Assembly: GCF_001543245.1 (NCBI RefSeq) | Contig: NZ_CP014163.1 | Span: forward strand, 950,387 to 974,386 | Direction of reading: 5' to 3' | Source: Aerococcus urinaehominis | GTDB taxonomy: Bacteria > Bacillota > Bacilli > Lactobacillales > Aerococcaceae | DNA: 24,000 bases | In this document: positions 22,148-24,000 of the stretch, in pieces | Layout: every line of letters begins with the position of its first letter | How positions within the stretch are numbered: position 1 is the stretch's first letter | Notes under the pieces: generated by a model | What the model was told of the DNA's origin: nothing | Databases searched by the model: none | What the model saw: only the letters and a program-made list of their open reading frames with translations | Translations under genes and position numbers: made by a program

Positions 22148-23623
22148 CTAGTCTTCAATTAAAGCTAGCGCTTGGTCAAGGTGGTGGAGAACTTTTTCCT
22201 TTCCTAGTACTTCAATCGTTAAACCAATAGATGGGCCATGAGCTTCACCAGAGGTAGCTACTCGAATTGGCATATAAAGGTTTTTACCCTTAATGCCAGT
22301 TTCTTTCTGAACCGCCTTGATGGCAGCCATAATATTGGCTTCGGTAAAATCATCTACTGCTGCTAGTTTATCTTTGAAGTTTACCAAGAGGTCGGCTACC
22401 CCTTCACCTTGTAGAATTTCCTTGGCATCATCAGCTATGGCCAGTTCATCTTGGAAGAACATATCTGATAAAGGCACGATCTGAGCCGCGTAAGACATCT
22501 CATCCTTGTAAAGCGATACTAGTCGTTCTGTCCAAGCTAATTCCTCAGCACTCGGCTTAGCTGAAATACGACCTGCTTCTTGGAGGTGGTCTATGGCTAA
22601 CTTAGCTACCGTTTCCTCATCAGCAGCCTTCATATAACGGTTGTTAATCCACTCTAATTTCTTATTATCGAAGCCAGCCGCTGATTTACCTAGCCGGTTT
22701 TCGTCAAAAATTTCGATGAGTTCCTCTTTAGAGAAAATTTCCTCTTCTCCCTGCGGTGACCAGCCTAAAAGGGCTATAAAGTTAAACATGGCCTCTGGTA
22801 GATAGCCTAAATCCCGGTATTGCTCAATAAATTGGATAATTGAAGCATCCCGCTTAGATAATTTTTTACCTGTTTCGGTATTAACAATTAAGGCCATATG
22901 ACCATAAATCGGATGGTCCCATCCTAGGGCATCGTAAATCATCATTTGTTTAGGTGTATTAGCCACATGGTCATCGCCGCGCAAGACATGGCTAGTAGCC
23001 ATCAAGTGGTCATCTACAACAACTGCAAAGTTATAGGTTGGGGAACCATCATTTTTTAGGATAACAAAGTCACCAGAAATGTCCTTAGATTCAAAAGAAA
23101 CTTCACCCTTAACCATATCCTCAAAACGATAAGTCTGTCCCTCTGGAATACGGAAGCGTACAGTCTCAGGGCGACCTTCTTGACGGGCTTGATCAATATC
23201 GGCCTGGCTCCGGTCACGCCAAACACCAGTATAATGCGGCATCTCGCCACGCGCCTTTTGAGCTTCTCGCTCAGCTTCTAATTCTTCTTCAGTATCAAAA
23301 GCATAATAGGCATCACCTTGGTCAATCAACTGTTGGATATATTTAGCATAAATATCATCACGCTCAGATTGACGATAAGGACCGTATTCACCTGGATTAT
23401 TAGGCCCCTCATCCCAGTCAATACCTAGCCATTCTAAGTTGCTAAGTTGACTCTCTTCACCACCATCGATATTCCGTTTTTTATCAGTATCTTCAATCCG
23501 AATAATGAAGTCACCACCATGGTGACGAGCAAATAAATAATTAAATAGAGCCGTCCGGGCATTACCAATGTGTAGGTAGCCGGTTGGACTTGGTGCATAG
23601 CGCACCCGGATTTTTTCAGTCAT
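22148..23623 (-). CDS. gltX: Glutamate--tRNA ligase (491 aa)
   Basis: Track ORF trimmed to the ATG at 23623 (AAAAGGAG upstream; [25 protein letters not shown]). It has the HIGH motif and the KLSKR (KMSKS-type) motif. Confidence 0.95.
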   Translation of the reverse strand: MTEKIRVRYAPSPTGYLHIGNARTALFNYLFARHHGGDFIIRIEDTDKKRNIDGGEESQLSNLEWLGIDWDEGPNNPGEYGPYRQSERDDIYAKYIQQLIDQGDAYYAFDTEEELEAEREAQKARGEMPHYTGVWRDRSQADIDQARQEGRPETVRFRIPEGQTYRFEDMVKGEVSFESKDISGDFVILKNDGSPTYNFAVVVDDHLMATSHVLRGDDHVANTPKQMMIYDALGWDHPIYGHMALIVNTETGKKLSKRDASIIQFIEQYRDLGYLPEAMFNFIALLGWSPQGEEEIFSKEELIEIFDENRLGKSAAGFDNKKLEWINNRYMKAADEETVAKLAIDHLQEAGRISAKPSAEELAWTERLVSLYKDEMSYAAQIVPLSDMFFQDELAIADDAKEILQGEGVADLLVNFKDKLAAVDDFTEANIMAAIKAVQKETGIKGKNLYMPIRVATSGEAHGPSIGLTIEVLGKEKVLHHLDQALALIED

Positions 23624-23675
23624 AAAAATCTCCTTTTCAAAAGTCATTCCTGGTTTATTTTAGCATATCCGAAGG

Positions 23676-23704
23676 CAAAGAAAAAGAAGGGCTACTGCCC
23701 TTCT
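23676..23704 (-). terminator. Terminator after yacL
   Basis: The stem AGAAGGGC/GCCCTTCT pairs 23685-23692 with 23697-23704. The loop is tact, followed on the minus strand by TTTTTCTTT. Confidence 0.6.
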
Positions 23705-23715
23705 TTGGCTACTAT

Positions 23716-24000
23716 TAAGCCAGTTTAGCAAAAATCATGCGGCCAGCGTTGGTTTGAATTGCCGAAGTCACTTCTACTTGTACATACTCATCAAGATGGT
23801 CACGGCCATCTTCAACAACAATCATCGTGCCATCATCTAAATAACCGACACCCTGGCGGCGTTCAGAACCAGCCTTAATCAAGTGAACCGACATTAGTTC
23901 ACCCGGTAAGACAACTGTCTTGAGAGATCCGGCTAATTCGTTAACATTAAGGACCTTAATCTTGTGAATTTGACTGACTTTATTAAGATTGTAGTCGTTA
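23716..24000 (-). CDS. yacL: PIN/TRAM-domain protein, C-terminal part (gene starts beyond the window end)
   Basis: Not in the track because it is truncated. Own translation is ...[81 protein letters not shown]. This closely resembles the TRAM end of B. subtilis YacL as I remember it, and it lies upstream of gltX as in Bacillus. Confidence 0.75.

Noticed and set aside
1-24000. CRISPR arrays, tRNA/rRNA genes, prophage or integrase genes
   Set aside because: No regularly spaced short repeats, no cloverleaf-like or rRNA-like segments, and no recombinase ORFs were seen. The only mobile element is the IS256-family copy.

Overview
This looks like a chromosomal window from a low-GC Firmicute, probably Lactobacillales (inferred from gene content and Shine-Dalgarno usage). 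Minus-strand housekeeping genes sit at both edges: mrnC-cysS-cysE at 1-2290 and gltX-yacL at 22148-24000. These genes are normally contiguous, but here about 20 kb of accessory DNA separates them. That DNA contains four blocks. (1) A maltodextrin/glycogen catabolic cluster: a glycerol-dehydrogenase-like gene, malQ and glgP. (2) A roughly 10 kb class II bacteriocin / quorum-sensing island at about 7.7-17.9 kb. (3) A T-box-controlled metQ / M20-amidohydrolase / metQ operon. (4) A cupin gene and a small membrane protein gene. The island is the interesting part. By my own translation it carries eight double-glycine (GG/AG) leader peptide genes. Four are absent from the ORF track because they are under 60 aa, and one of those is frameshifted. 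It also carries a C39-peptidase ABC exporter with no accessory protein. A diverged, duplicated two-gene module (119-aa membrane protein translationally coupled to a GG peptide) occurs twice. A hydrophilic two-cysteine GG peptide and a DUF975-like membrane protein are coupled to the exporter gene. The island also has an inducer-peptide / histidine-kinase / LytTR-regulator cassette. Its kinase is broken twice, by an IS256-family insertion with a perfect target-site duplication and by a -1 frameshift in a poly-A tract. I found no rRNA, tRNA or CRISPR array. All coordinates and translations of unlisted small ORFs are hand-derived, and no database search was possible.
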